A DNA stretch of 64,000 nucleotides, from positions 183,706,001-183,770,000 of the forward strand of contig OZ024740.1 of NCBI GenBank assembly GCA_964016885.1, read 5' to 3'. Each line of letters opens with the position of its first letter. Position 1 is the first letter of the stretch. The position numbers were made by a program, and so were the translations under genes. This stretch comes from Eledone cirrhosa (lineage: Eukaryota). Positions 1 to 12,250 of this stretch are shown here, piece after piece. The notes beneath the pieces were generated by a model. That model saw only the letters and a list, made by a program, of their open reading frames with translations, was not told the DNA's origin and ran no database searches.

Positions 1-517
1 AGACTCTGCCCCTACGACACTCCTGAAAGTAATAAGTGGGCAAAGAAGAAAATTCATATTACGGTTTTATATAATTATTGAAGTATGTAGTATGATCAAT
101 CGATGTGATGCTGAGAAGATTCTTGAATTGCTTTAGATCGTTGAATATTGCTAGCTGGTACCTATTGCATATTAGCAAGAAACCATGGTGTGGATTTAGT
201 TTCATGGTTACTTACTTCCCTACCTTTGTCGCTCTCACATACACAGTTATGCCTTCAGAGTTCTAACAGACACAGGGAACTAGAGTATCAGAGAACAGGT
301 CATGATTGATGTACGATGAAAGGCTGTGGTATATATGACACGTATTTCTAAAGAATAATAAAACAATTTTTTTTTGCTGTAACGGGGTAGGGGAGGTTCA
401 GATATTTCAGATCAAATACTACCTAGCAAGTACAAGAAAGGAATATATACATATATATATATATTATATACGTATATAAGTATGTGTGTGTGTATGTAAA
501 TGTATATATGTATATGC

Positions 518-548
<31 letters not shown>

Positions 549-2239
549 AACACACACATACATACAGATGTATAGATGCATTCGTGTTTGTGTCCCCGCA
601 TCAATGCGTGTATGTAGGCGTTTGTGTATGTGAACATATGTATCTAAACGATTCACTTTCATTACGTGTTTTTTGGAATTTTGTTATGTTCAAACGATAA
701 ATAGAATTTTGTATCCTTTTTCTTCTTGTTCCTACTGTTCTTCCCCTCCTCCTACTGTAGCCAACTGTACGTTTATTGTATATAGTTTTTCTGTGTGAGT
801 TTGTGATATGTGTATTATTTTACATACATGCGGCTATTAAATGTATTGTAATCTTGAATCTGTATATGTTCTCGCATGTAATATGCATATATATATATAG
901 AGAGAGAGAAAGACATGTGCACATGAGTGTATATATGTCTGTAATCGGCTGCCTTTTATATAATTGTATTACACCATAGACTGTGTATATGAATATAGGT
1001 AACTATGTGTATGTATTTATGTATGAATTCATAAACTGAATTCCCTTTCACAAATGTATCGTTTATGCATAGATTTTCGCAAAAGAAGTTAAATGTGTTT
1101 TTAAAAGTATTAAGATATGAACAGAAAGGGAGACAAAATGATGAGGTTTTTGAACAACGTGGGCAGAGGATATGGGGTACTCTACACCGTAGCTGCACTC
1201 ACGGGGATCTTTTATCTGGCGAAACGCACATCTCCCGACTTTGAGTAAGAAAAATTCAGCTCAGGGACTGAGGACGCAGGAGGTCTGTATAGCCACCGAC
1301 ACGAAAAGGAAGAGATCAGTCAAAGCACGGTATTTGTTTATCTCCGCCACACTGAAGTGTCATGTAATGCTCGTGAATGTGCTTAACTATTTCAGCGCCT
1401 TAACCTCAGCCTCACTATTAGTTGTAACAATTCTATGCGTGTCTCGATTCGTCTCAAAGATTTTCGGAAGGCAGCACTGTTATTCCCTTGTGATGTGTAT
1501 AATTGAGTGAGCATGTCTTCTCCCGTTATTTTCCCTCCTTCCTCTTCTATTATTATGATGTATTTATTGATGTGTTTCTTTTGTAAATCATAAACATTAT
1601 ATAATTTAATACATACCATTAGCTTCCCAGCTTGGTGGGCTGGATCAATGTGAGATGCTGGAATATGAGACATTGACACTTCATCTAACAATCTCAAATA
1701 CTATCAAATACATCGTTTGTGATTCCCATTATTCCTATTACGAACTATAATTGAACTTAATATGAACTTAATTGTTTAAATATCTTAGATGAGTTACTGT
1801 TAATATGATTATAATTTGTTAGATCAAAGTTGTTTTAATATTTACATCTACACTATATTTCCATTGGTTGATCTCCGTTTGTCATTCTGTTTAGTAATCA
1901 GGCAAGTGTGGATGCGTATAGTCTCCTAAGCTGGACTTGAAGTAAAAATCCATATTTTTAAACCAAGGGTAGTACAGTTCTAATCCAGACAATGTCCAAT
2001 ACAGACAGCTAATATATTGAATTGGAATATAGTACTTAACACCAACTATGTTGTCTTGAGATGCATGCATGGTTCCGTAACACGAGGTGTCGTATAGGCG
2101 CCATAATTGCTCACAGCGTTTCTATGGCATTTTAAAACCTGGCTGAGCGAATCTCCTCTCCAGGTCTGAATACAGCAGATTTCATCCAGATAAGGATAGC
2201 CTGTGAGAGATATATTGGAAGAATTGACCACAGTACTAG

Positions 2240-2372
2240 ACTGGTATATTTTTTATCGACCTCGAATAGATGAAAGGCAAGGTTGACCTTGGTGGTATTT
2301 GAACGCAGAGAGCCGAAATGAATACGACAGCACTGTATCCGCTGTTCTAACGACTGCCAATTCGCCGCCGGC
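2240..2372 (-). mobile_element. tRNA-derived SINE, degenerate copy (same family as 3659-3845)
   Basis: Reverse complement contains GAATTGGCAG..., GTTCAAAT (B-box-like) and TTGCCTTTCATCTATTCGAGGTCGATAAAAAATATACCAG, matching the other copies. Confidence 0.65.
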
Positions 2373-3464
2373 TTGAAATACACAGCGACAAATTGTCATG
2401 CTGTGTTTAGAATTAGTTAAATTGTCTTTAGGGCAACTAACATTAATTAAATTGTCTTTAGGTATTTAAGACCAGGTAAATTGTCCTGCAGGAATCATAA
2501 CCGGATATATAGATTGAGGTACTTACCGCGATTGAATTTTCGTGACCTGGGGTGGAGGATTTGTTAAGTATTTGCCACAATATAAATGGTTGTATAGCAC
2601 TTAGTATAAGATAGAATATCTTGCTGTAATTTTTAGAAACTGCCTCAGGGGTATTCAGTTATGACCATTTATAATTTCTAGTTCAAATTCAGCTTGATTT
2701 GAGTTTGCCTTTCATCCACTCGAGAGTCAATATAATAAATCTTTGTAACATCCTAGTGGTGAAGGCCGATGCAATCAGTTATATCAAACCCCTCCTTTAT
2801 AAATTCAAGGCATTGTGCTAGCGTAAAAAATATCAATAATAGTAAAGATGTTAGATCTGACGAACTATTTTATAATCACTCAAGTTCTGAATCTCTTTGT
2901 AGTTGTGTTCATAAAGGTCTAATAAAGTTTTTATTTTATTTTATTTTGTTATTCCAGTCAAGAAAGATGGGATCAATGCCCACACGTAGCGGTCAGTTAA
3001 CAGATGAAAGGATATTTTGTAATTCAAGCAACTTTCACTATCAAAATGAATTTTCATGAATAGAAGCTAGCACCATATTGATCATTTGTAAAATTTCATT
3101 GATTGCTGTAACAAGACCATTTTCTTTTACATTTCGTTTTTTTTTCTGGGTGGGTGGGTGATAGACACCTTTTCTTTTTTATTGGATGGCAGCCTTTGTT
3201 TATCTTTGGTGATGAAAGAGAATAATGAAACCCATTGCTAAACTAATCTGATCAATAGATAGTTAGTTAGAGGTGAAAGTTGTTCTTATTGTTATTATTT
3301 GAGATCTGTCTCTATTATACATTAGGTTTCTTGCTGTTATTCAGTTACGCTTTCACTCTCTCGCGCTCTCTTTCCATCTCTTTTATACTTAATGTTGCTT
3401 TGCTTCAGCTACTTTCAAATACTCATACTGAATTTCATTTTAGTTGCTTAGTGAAGGGCACTGG

Positions 3465-3658
3465 ATGGTGGAACCGGCATACCATCGAACATAATTCATT
3501 GCGATATTAAATTATCTCGTTTAGGTTCAAATCTCAACACGTTCCCCTTTGCTTTTCAACATTCTATGGTTGTAAAAATAATGTACTATTTAAGTACTTT
3601 ATTTTAACAAATTTCCCTCCCCCAAAATTGTTGGCCTTGTGCTTATATAAGAAACCAT
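3465..3658 (+). mobile_element. Highly degenerate SINE copy directly upstream of a better copy
   Basis: GGTTCAAATC, TTTGCTTTTCA and a tail GGCCTTGTGCTTATATAAGAAAC similar to the family tail. Confidence 0.45.
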
Positions 3659-3845
3659 TGTGAATTGGCAGTATCTGTAGAGGGTCGGACGCCAGGCTTT
3701 CTAGCATAGTTACGTCCCTTTACGGTCTGAATTCAAATCCCGCCGAGATTAACTTTGCCTTTCATCCTTACGGGGTCGATAAAATAAAGTATCAGTAATG
3801 TACTGGGTTTTGCTGGCCTTGTGCCAAAAGTAGAAACAATTATTA
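3659..3845 (+). mobile_element. tRNA-derived SINE
   Basis: A-box-like TGGCAGTATCTGTAG, B-box-like GAATTCAAATCC, central TTTGCCTTTCATCCTTACGGGGTCGATAAAATAAAGTA, tail GGCCTTGTGCCAAAAGTAGAAAC followed by ATT-like repeats; near-identical copies at 10585, 59752 and 60171. Confidence 0.8.
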
Positions 3846-4168
3846 CTATTATTAATAGATGAGACCGACGTCTTCTCCCACTTTCTGTCTCACACACACA
3901 CATACTCTCTCTCCCACTCTCTCTCTCTCTCTGCCTCTCTCTAAAAAATAACTTTCCTTTTCTCTCTCTTCCCCCTTTCTCTAAAAATTACCTTCCTATT
4001 CTCTTTCTATCCATGTACATCGTTTACGCTTGGCGCTCCCTCTATAAATATATATGTGAGCGACGTCGTAACTCTCTGTCTATCTCTCTGTTTCTCTAAT
4101 AAATAAATAAATAAATATATTTATCTCTTTCTGTCTACTCGACAACACACGGCGTCCGCTTTTTTCTC

Positions 4169-4215
4169 TATCTGTATACCCAGTTCTCGCTTGGCGAGAA
4201 CTGGGTATACAGATA
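4169..4215. repeat. Perfect 22-bp inverted repeat with 3-nt loop
   Basis: TATCTGTATACCCAGTTCTCGC-TTG-GCGAGAACTGGGTATACAGATA read directly. Confidence 0.95.
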
Positions 4216-4666
4216 TTTTTACTAGAAATTATTAATTTTGAGATAAATAGACTATTTTTATATTATTTTATAAAAATCTTTGTATATTTATTTTATTAAT
4301 ACATTTTTACACTTCTTAAACTAATTTTTAGTATTTAAGCCCAATATAAAATAATATACCCAGTTTCTATAGTTAGACATTTAATATTTGAACACCTATA
4401 ATATTCGCACATACACCTCATCAATTTATTTTTTAACCGTTATTTACGGCTGTTTTCAATTTGACAGCGTTCCTGATCAAAAGTTTCTCACTCTTCTTCT
4501 TTCTTTTTTTTCTTCTTATTCTTTTTCCTTTTTTCTCTTCTTTCCTTTTCTTCTATTTTCCTATCTATTTCTCACTATAGTATTAACACATATATTTCTC
4601 TAATATGTAGACTTAACACTTTCCTATAAACAGGTGCTATTATGCCTCATATTATTGTACCTTATT

Positions 4667-4707
4667 TTTTATCTGATGATTTTGTATTCGAAATAAGTAT
4701 AATAAAA
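4667..4707 (+). ncRNA. Degenerate minimal hammerhead ribozyme motif
   Basis: TTTTAT-CTGATGA-(weak stem II)-GAAA-TAAGTA-TA-ATAAAA; downstream sequence resembles that of the 13788 motif. Confidence 0.4.
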
Positions 4708-4825
4708 TATATGGAACTATTTATAACCATCTTTATTTCATCTTTATTATATATACTCCAGTTCTACTAACTGTTGAGTACTACTTATGCATAGTTTCAT
4801 TATTCTACAATATTACTCACCACCT

Positions 4826-5342
<517 letters not shown>

Positions 5343-5349
<7 letters not shown>

Positions 5350-5890
5350 ATATTTGGGGAGGGTCATATTTGCGTAATATTGCCAGAATTAATAACAGAA
5401 CACACTCACTGTTTGGTTGGTTTTCGCTTCTCGCTGTCTTTTATATATATATATCTGCGATCTAACTTACTCGGTCCTCAATGTTGCCATTGACTGACCG
5501 GCGGTCAAAAATAATACAGATACAATATAGACAAACACATATATATATAGTTTACATAATTTACATAAATCTTTCGTTGCACATCTGCAACATCGTCAGT
5601 GGTGTTATATTCATTGTTCCTCCTGTTGTGTTGTATGTCTACGCAATTTTTTTTTTGTTCAGTCTGTCTATATATTTATTTATTTATTTGCTTGTTTGTT
5701 TATCTTATTTTATTTTGTCTTCTTTGCGCATGCGTTTGCGTGTGTGTATAGTGTTATGTTGGTTGTGTATACCTATGGTAAGTTTTTTGCGTATGCTTGT
5801 GTATGTACTTATTTGCATGCGTTTTTGCATTTATTTAATTTCTATTGCCTCTGTATTGTATTTATTTACTTTGTTCTTAACTCTGAAGCG
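5343..5890 (+). repeat. Interspersed non-coding repeat family A (probable non-autonomous PLE derivative)
   Basis: Head GGGAGGGTCATATTTG...CCAGAATTAATAACAGAACACAC recurs at ~9515-9740, 21200-21960 (fold-back) and 22090-22170; abuts (TA)n tracts. Confidence 0.75.
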
Positions 5891-5899
5891 GAGATTCAT

Positions 5900-6330
5900 T
5901 CGGTTTCCTAGTTAGATTTTAGTCTACGACTTCAGCTATACCATTTACGTGGTTTTGTCTTTGCTTGCAATTGTTCTCCACACGCAACATATAACGTATT
6001 ATCTTCGTTTTTTCCGTTCATTGCCAGAGAACGTCTCTATGAATAACCTAAGTGAACATTAGTCTACGACTTTTTTATACCATAAAGTGGTTCTGTCTTT
6101 GCGCGTAATTGTTTTTCACCGCTCCTATTAATGACGTATAATATTCGTTTTTTCCCGTTCTTTGCCAGGGAACGTTTCCACGAACCAAAGTCCTACCTGT
6201 CCTACTCCGGTTGCAACGTTTTTTGAAATATCCACTTCTGCGTTTACAGATTGACTTTGTTAGTTTCAGAAGATCCCGTTAAGGGTGAAAGCAGCGATTC
6301 TTTGCTTAAACTTTAATCTGTTATTTTAAT
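5900..6330 (+). repeat. Interspersed repeat family C with internal ~140-bp tandem duplication and HHR-like end
   Basis: TTAGTCTACGAC...GAACGT unit twice (~5919 and ~6059); reverse-complement copy at 26547-27067; end fragments at 15686-15908 and 18302-18420. Confidence 0.8.
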
Positions 6331-6340
6331 ATATAAATAA

Positions 6341-6477
<137 letters not shown>

Positions 6478-6626
6478 TATGATATACATGTACGTATATA
6501 TATATAAGTTTTTATATATATATATATATATATAACGAAGGAAATGTGGTAAGGAACCAGGTGGACCATAACGCACCAAAGTACTCAATACTTAGGGTAG
6601 TAGAGTGGGTAATAGGAACGAGTAGG

Positions 6627-6722
6627 ACCCCGACGGCTGACCTCAAGCCGTTTCGATGGCTAATTCTGGACGAAATGAACATTTTTATCCTGGTATTAGA
6701 ATAGCAGAGCTTCTCAGGGGGT
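6627..6722 (-). ncRNA. Hammerhead-like motif of family B (variant core CUGAGAA)
   Basis: Reverse-complement copy of 7131-7226. Confidence 0.5.
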
Positions 6723-7130
6723 AATTCCATATATGGTAAAACTGATTGTCACAAGGATTGGTCAAACGTTTGTTGTTGAGACATAATAATTCTATCATGG
6801 CAATTTGTGGAGGGGAGGGGTAGCTGAACCTACCAGTAGAAGAAAGAGTGAGAGGGGGTGGAAAACCAGTCGTGCGTTGATAGTGCCATCTGCAGCTGGG
6901 CAGGAGGTCAAAGAAGATACTAGGGAGGGGGAGAGGGAGGAAGTCGAAACAATAATTAAAGCAATATGGGGTAAATATATAGAAAAAAACCGAGAGTGTT
7001 AAAAAACAATCTTCTACTGGCAGGTTCAGCCACCTCTCTCCTCAACAAATTTCCATGATAGAATTATTATGTCTCAACAGCAAACTTTTGACCAATCCTT
7101 GTGACAATCACTTTTACCATATATGGAATT

Positions 7131-7226
7131 ACCCCCTGAGAAGCTCGGCTATTCTAATACCAGGATAAAAATGTTGATTTAGTCCAGAATTAGCCGTCGA
7201 AACGGATTGAGCTCAGCCGTCGGGGT
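7131..7226 (+). ncRNA. Type I hammerhead-like motif of family B (variant core CUGAGAA)
   Basis: Stem I ACCCC/GGGGT, stem II CGGCTA..TTCT/AGAA..TAGCCG, GAAA, stem III ACGG../..CCGT, GUC site; position 8 is A rather than G. Confidence 0.6.
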
Positions 7227-7236
7227 CCTACTCGTT

Positions 7237-7307
<71 letters not shown>

Positions 7308-7519
7308 GTTTATATAAAATATATATATATATACATATTGCTACTGCTGGTATTGAAGACAGTCGAAAATATATAGTTTTCTCGTCTGTGTAAATGAGGT
7401 GATTAATCTCGATTGCATATGAAGCTGCATAAGTTGGCTCAACTTATAATAGAAAAGAAATAATATTTTGCTTCAAGTATAATTTCATAAAATATGTATT
7501 GGAATTTCGAGTGGGTGGG

Positions 7520-7563
7520 ACCGTCCTGACGAAGGTCAGTCAATCCTGAAATGCATAGACGGT
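7520..7563 (+). ncRNA. Minimal type I hammerhead ribozyme
   Basis: ACCGTC-CTGACGA-AGG..CCT-GAAA-TGCA-TA-GACGGT; palindromic ATGCAT stem III, AUA site. Confidence 0.85.
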
Positions 7564-7841
7564 TGTACCCCTTTCTTCTGCTGGACACCACCAGGGCTCG
7601 TTAGGTTCGGTGTCTGCATAGCCACGGCTTCCTAAAAGCGTATTTCTTTAGAAATACGAAATTTCTATACATATTGTATAAAGCTATGCTTGAAGCGAAA
7701 TCTTATTTCTTTATCTATTATAAGTTGAGTCAACTTATGCAGCTTCATATGCAAATGAGATTAATCACCGCATTTAACCAGACGAGAAAACAATATGTTC
7801 TCGACTGTTTTCATGTCCAGCTGTAGCAAGCTGTGGGTGGG

Positions 7842-7885
7842 ACCGTCCTGACGAAGGCCTGTAAAGCCTGAAATGCATAGACGGT
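7842..7885 (+). ncRNA. Minimal type I hammerhead ribozyme (second copy)
   Basis: ACCGTC-CTGACGA-AGGC(CTGTAAA)GCCT-GAAA-TGCA-TA-GACGGT. Confidence 0.88.
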
Positions 7886-7988
7886 TGTCCCCCTTGCTTC
7901 CGCTGGACACTATCAGAGAGAGTTAACCCCAGTGCTTGCATAGCTACGGCTTCCTAAAATCGTATTTCTTTAGCAATACGAAATTTAT

Positions 7989-8067
<79 letters not shown>

Positions 8068-8308
8068 TATTATATTTAGAAACACACAGATACATGCGGA
8101 CACACACATATATACATGAATGCATCCGCACCCAACTGTGAGTTAAGGGTGCCAACTTCACCGATGTTGCTCAATGAATGACTGGGACAGACCAATTCAG
8201 TTGAACCAGACTGAACCAGTATCAGAGTTAAAAATACTTTATGAAGAGAGAAGAAACATTTAGATATAATTAGTAATAAAATGTATCATACCTAAACTGC
8301 TCCTAAAT

Positions 8309-8398
8309 TCCTCGACTACGTAGTTTCGTGGCATAAACAAAAACAATATATCATAAAGACATAGAGTCCCTGCGAGGTCTGCCGACTTATCAAGAGGA
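8309..8398 (-). ncRNA. Type I hammerhead ribozyme with U3-A8 core (UUGAUAA)
   Basis: Minus strand: TCCTC-TTGATAA-GTCGGC...GCCAC-GAAA-CTACGTAG-TC-GAGGA; stem I TCCTC/GAGGA, palindromic stem III, GUC site. Confidence 0.75.
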
Positions 8399-8903
8399 TA
8401 CCTCATTTTACTAGTCTCAAGAACGCGTCTACACGACGTGAGAAAGAATCCCAAAAGGCGGAGGGGGAGATAGTCACGCGATATAACGGTCGAGAAACAG
8501 AGCTAAGCCTCTTATAACCCCGAAGAAAAAACCACGGAGGCGGAGGGGGTATTTATATCGAGGCCGCAGAAGAGGTGGTGAAGAAGGCGAGAAGTATGAG
8601 TAATGGAAGCTTTCCAGCTGTCCCCACACTTCAAAGGTTGCTCGACCAGAGGGAGTTATTAACAATATATTTAGAAACACACAGATACATGCGGACACAC
8701 ACATATATACATGAATGCATCCGCACCCAACTGTGAGTTAAGGGTGCCAACTTCACCGATGTTGCTCAATGAATGACTGGGACAGACCAATTCAGTTGAA
8801 CCAGACTGAACCAGTATCAGAGTTAAAAATACATTATGAAGAGAGAAGAAACATTTAGATATAATTAGTAATAAAATGTATCATACCTAAACTGCTCCTA
8901 AAT

Positions 8904-8993
8904 TCCTCGACTACGTAGTTTCGTGGCATAAACAAAAACAATATATCATAAAGACATAGAGTTCCTGCGAGGTCTGCCGACTTATCAAGAGGA
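8904..8993 (-). ncRNA. Type I hammerhead ribozyme with U3-A8 core (second copy)
   Basis: Same motif 595 bp from the first copy. Confidence 0.75.
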
Positions 8994-9428
8994 TACCTCA
9001 TTTTACTAGTCTCAAGAACGCGTCTACACGACGTGAGAAAGAATCTCAAAAGGCGGAGGGGGAGATAGTCACGCGATATAATGGTCGAGAAACAGAGCTA
9101 AGCCTCTTATAACCCCGAAGAAAATACCACGGAGGCGGAGGGGGTTTGCAAAGTCTATACAAATCCACATTTCTACTCCAATTGACTTCATACTAGCATT
9201 TATATATTCTGTGCCGTCGAAAGATATTAACTGCACCTTTTTTTTCAATTTTCTGTCGTTAAAGGGGTGTTAGGCGCCGGTTATCGATCTCCGTCACGCT
9301 CTTATAATATCTGTCTGTATTCCTGGCTGTCTGCATAACGACATTATGACCAACACGTCATTGATGACATATTACCTTGGCCACACACACACGCACACAT
9401 ATATATATACATATATATATACATATAC

Positions 9429-9508
<80 letters not shown>

Positions 9509-9514
9509 ATATTT

Positions 9515-9736
9515 ATACTTGGGGCGGGTCATATTTGTGTAATATTGCCAGAATTAATAACAGAACACACACACTGTTTTGTTGGTTTTCGCTTCTGTGT
9601 CTTTCATATCGGTTAATTTAATTTATTCGGTCCTAAATATTGCTATTGACTGACCAACGGTCAAAAATACAGATACGGGAGGAAACAATAGCACCAAGGA
9701 CGATGTTGCAGATGTGCAACGAAAGGAACTTGGATC

Positions 9737-9740
<4 letters not shown>
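9515..9740 (+). repeat. Family A fragment with short inverted tail
   Basis: Matches 5350-5525 forward, then ~9676-9740 is the reverse complement of the next part of family A; (TA)n on both sides. Confidence 0.7.
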
Positions 9741-9789
<49 letters not shown>

Positions 9790-9795
9790 CACACA

Positions 9796-9829
<34 letters not shown>

Positions 9830-9898
9830 CATATACACACATATATATATATATACATATACACATATATATATACATATGCACACACATATATACAC

Positions 9899-9979
<81 letters not shown>

Positions 9980-10303
9980 CAAACACCTATACACATATAT
10001 ATACACACTTTTACTTATATATAAATATACACATACCATTATATGTATCTATCTATCTATCTAGGGCGGGTAAAATTTCCGAGATCCATGGACGAGTCCT
10101 CTCCGGCGTGTGTTTTGGCCGTGTAAAAAAGGTTATAACAAGAAGATAGAAATATCAAAAAATTCAAAAATTCTGTAATTATAATATAAAAACAGAGATG
10201 TTTGTTGTTTGGTTGGTTTCTTCGCGCTCACTCACACAGTCAATATGTGTAGCCAAATCGCTACACACACACACACACACACACACAGACACACACACAC
10301 ACA

Positions 10304-10377
<74 letters not shown>

Positions 10378-10584
10378 GAGTGTGATGAATCTTAGAACCC
10401 TGGGCTTCCATAGTTTGTCAGCCCTCTTCCTCAGTCATCACATAGATATGTGTGTATGTAATAATTTTTTTTTCTAAGTATGTCTGTTTAAATATATGTA
10501 TGTGTAGATTCGTGTGTGTCTGTAATTCTATTGTCTATGTATCTTTCTAAATAAACACACAAACACATATACGCTCACACAAAC

Positions 10585-10775
10585 GGCGTGGTGAATTGGC
10601 AGTATCGGTAGAGGGTCAGACGCCATGCTTTCCAGCATAGTTACGTCCCTTTACGGTCTGAGTTCAAATCCCGTCGAGGTTAACTTTGCCTTTCATCCTT
10701 ACGGGGTCGATAAAATAAAGTACCAGTAATGCACTGTGATAACTGCTGGCAATGTGCCAAAAGTAGAAACAATTA
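10585..10775 (+). mobile_element. tRNA-derived SINE
   Basis: TGGCAGTATCGGTAG, GAGTTCAAATCC, CTTTGCCTTTCATCCTTACGGGGTCGATAAAATAAAGTACCAG. Confidence 0.8.
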
Positions 10776-11899
10776 TGTCTAAATATAATTCACACAAACA
10801 CCTATATACACCCACACAAACACATAATCCTAACAGCCAACGTGTGTAGCCAATTCGCTATAAATATAGACACACAGATGTAGCGAATACTGTTCGCTGC
10901 CACCCCTTCCTTCGTAAGATAACGTTTCACCTCTTCCTTTCTCACATGACGTTGCCAACCCTTTCTTTGTCATTTTGTCATCACCCCTTCCTTCGTCAGT
11001 AATCTCTTGTGGCAGTCAAATACACAAGCGTATCATATATTATTAGATTTTGTGTCTCTCTTAAACCAGAAGGGGAATTTCAATTAATGGAGAATTTTGT
11101 GGCCTACATTATTATTCAGGACATTGGTCGTAACATATTTTATATAAATCCATACCATTGACTCATTTCAGTTAGTTCCTTCACTCCATTCTATAATATT
11201 GAAAACTTCTTGAATCATTGACAGCTAGAAACAAGTGTGAGAGGGTTTCATTTTGTTATAAGAACAAACACAAAAACTAACCCAGCTTACAAGTAGTTAG
11301 AATATTGTGAAATTGAAATTATACATATAAAAGAAACAACATGATAAAACCAGTATGATAATTTTGAGTGCCTTATAATGGGAAAACCTCATTAAAATGT
11401 ACCTTCAGGTTATGTCCAAATAAAATGAGATTTTTGTTTGTAATTTCTTTTCTGTTTCACATTTATTAATATTTTTCACATGATTTTTTTTCCTGATTTG
11501 TTATTTAGATTTATTCTTGCTTCTAGGAAAAAATTTGGATTAAATATTATTCATTTGGTTAACTTCACACGAAATAATATAATTGTTTTTGATGTTGTTT
11601 AGCCCCAGGTCAAGAGGCTTTAAATGCAAATGTATGGCATCCGTGACTATATGCATTTTCATTTTGTGTTGTTTTTCAGGTAAATTATTTTTGACGATAC
11701 AAGATCCAGAATACTTTTCCGTTAAATGAAGAAAATTGAGCTGCTATTTCTAAATAAATGAAGGTGAGAAGGTGAAAACATAAAACATGTATTCACATGT
11801 CTGATAAGTATTTATCTTCATTTGTGGATCCGTGCCATTAATACTGACGTCAGTAGCCTTGAATGCATGTAATATTTGGAGTCCACTATTGGTATTCAA

Positions 11900-12250
11900 T
11901 ACATTCCAGGATTAATGGATATATGAAAATCATACAAACTTTGATAGATGTGCAAACAGCTTTGTCAGGCAGCAAGTTAACAAATATGCTGGCAGACAGA
12001 AACCATTCCTTGTGATGGTAAAACAGCGGAAACTTGCCGGATATGGTCATGTACTCCGCCACAACTTCTTGTCTAAAACCATCCTTCAGTGCGCAGTCGA
12101 GGGAGAGCGAAAGAGAGGCAGACAAAGAAAGTCCTGGTCCGACAAATTAAAAAAATTGGACTGGTCACAGCACCGAGACCCATCCATGCATGGCGGAAAA
12201 TTGAGACCAGTGATGACGGCTGACTTTGAAAGCATTTAGAATGGCATCCC
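11900..12250 (+). mobile_element. Decayed LINE 3' fragment, RTE-clade-like
   Basis: Translation QRKLAGYGHVLRHNFLSKTILQCAVEGERKRGRQRKSWSD resembles the C-terminus of RTE ORFs (GHxxR...GxRxRGRxRxxW). Confidence 0.7.

Larger units (their letters stand above)
6535..7240. mobile_element. Family B element in fold-back arrangement (6535-6940 minus, 7012-7240 plus) between (TA)n tracts
   Basis: 6610-6845 is the reverse complement of ~7012-7240; homologous to 14737-14958, 18451-18588, 19778-20013 and 25410-25812. Confidence 0.8.
7337..7987 (+). mobile_element. Retrozyme-like non-autonomous element: inverted segment plus tandem 322-bp unit with two hammerheads
   Basis: 7337-7500 is an inverted copy of ~7665-7829; 7511-7665 is repeated at 7833-7987; flanked by (TA)n. 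Confidence 0.75.
8071..9145 (-). mobile_element. Partial tandem (595-bp period) retrozyme-like element
   Basis: 8071-8550 repeated nearly identically at 8666-9145; each unit has a minus-strand hammerhead; left end abuts (TA)n. Confidence 0.8.

Noticed and set aside
1615-1705. Possible minus-strand host exon (LRLLDEVSMSHIPASHIDPAHQAGKLM followed by GTATGT)
   Set aside because: Plausible donor site but weak acceptor, no recognisable protein family and no partner exons
2958-3059. Possible plus-strand terminal exon after TTATTCCAG
   Set aside because: Short, with no homology I can recognise; such acceptors are common in AT-rich DNA
5919-6180. CRISPR-like or other repeat-spacer array
   Set aside because: Only a two-copy ~140-bp internal tandem with no unique spacers; eukaryotic context
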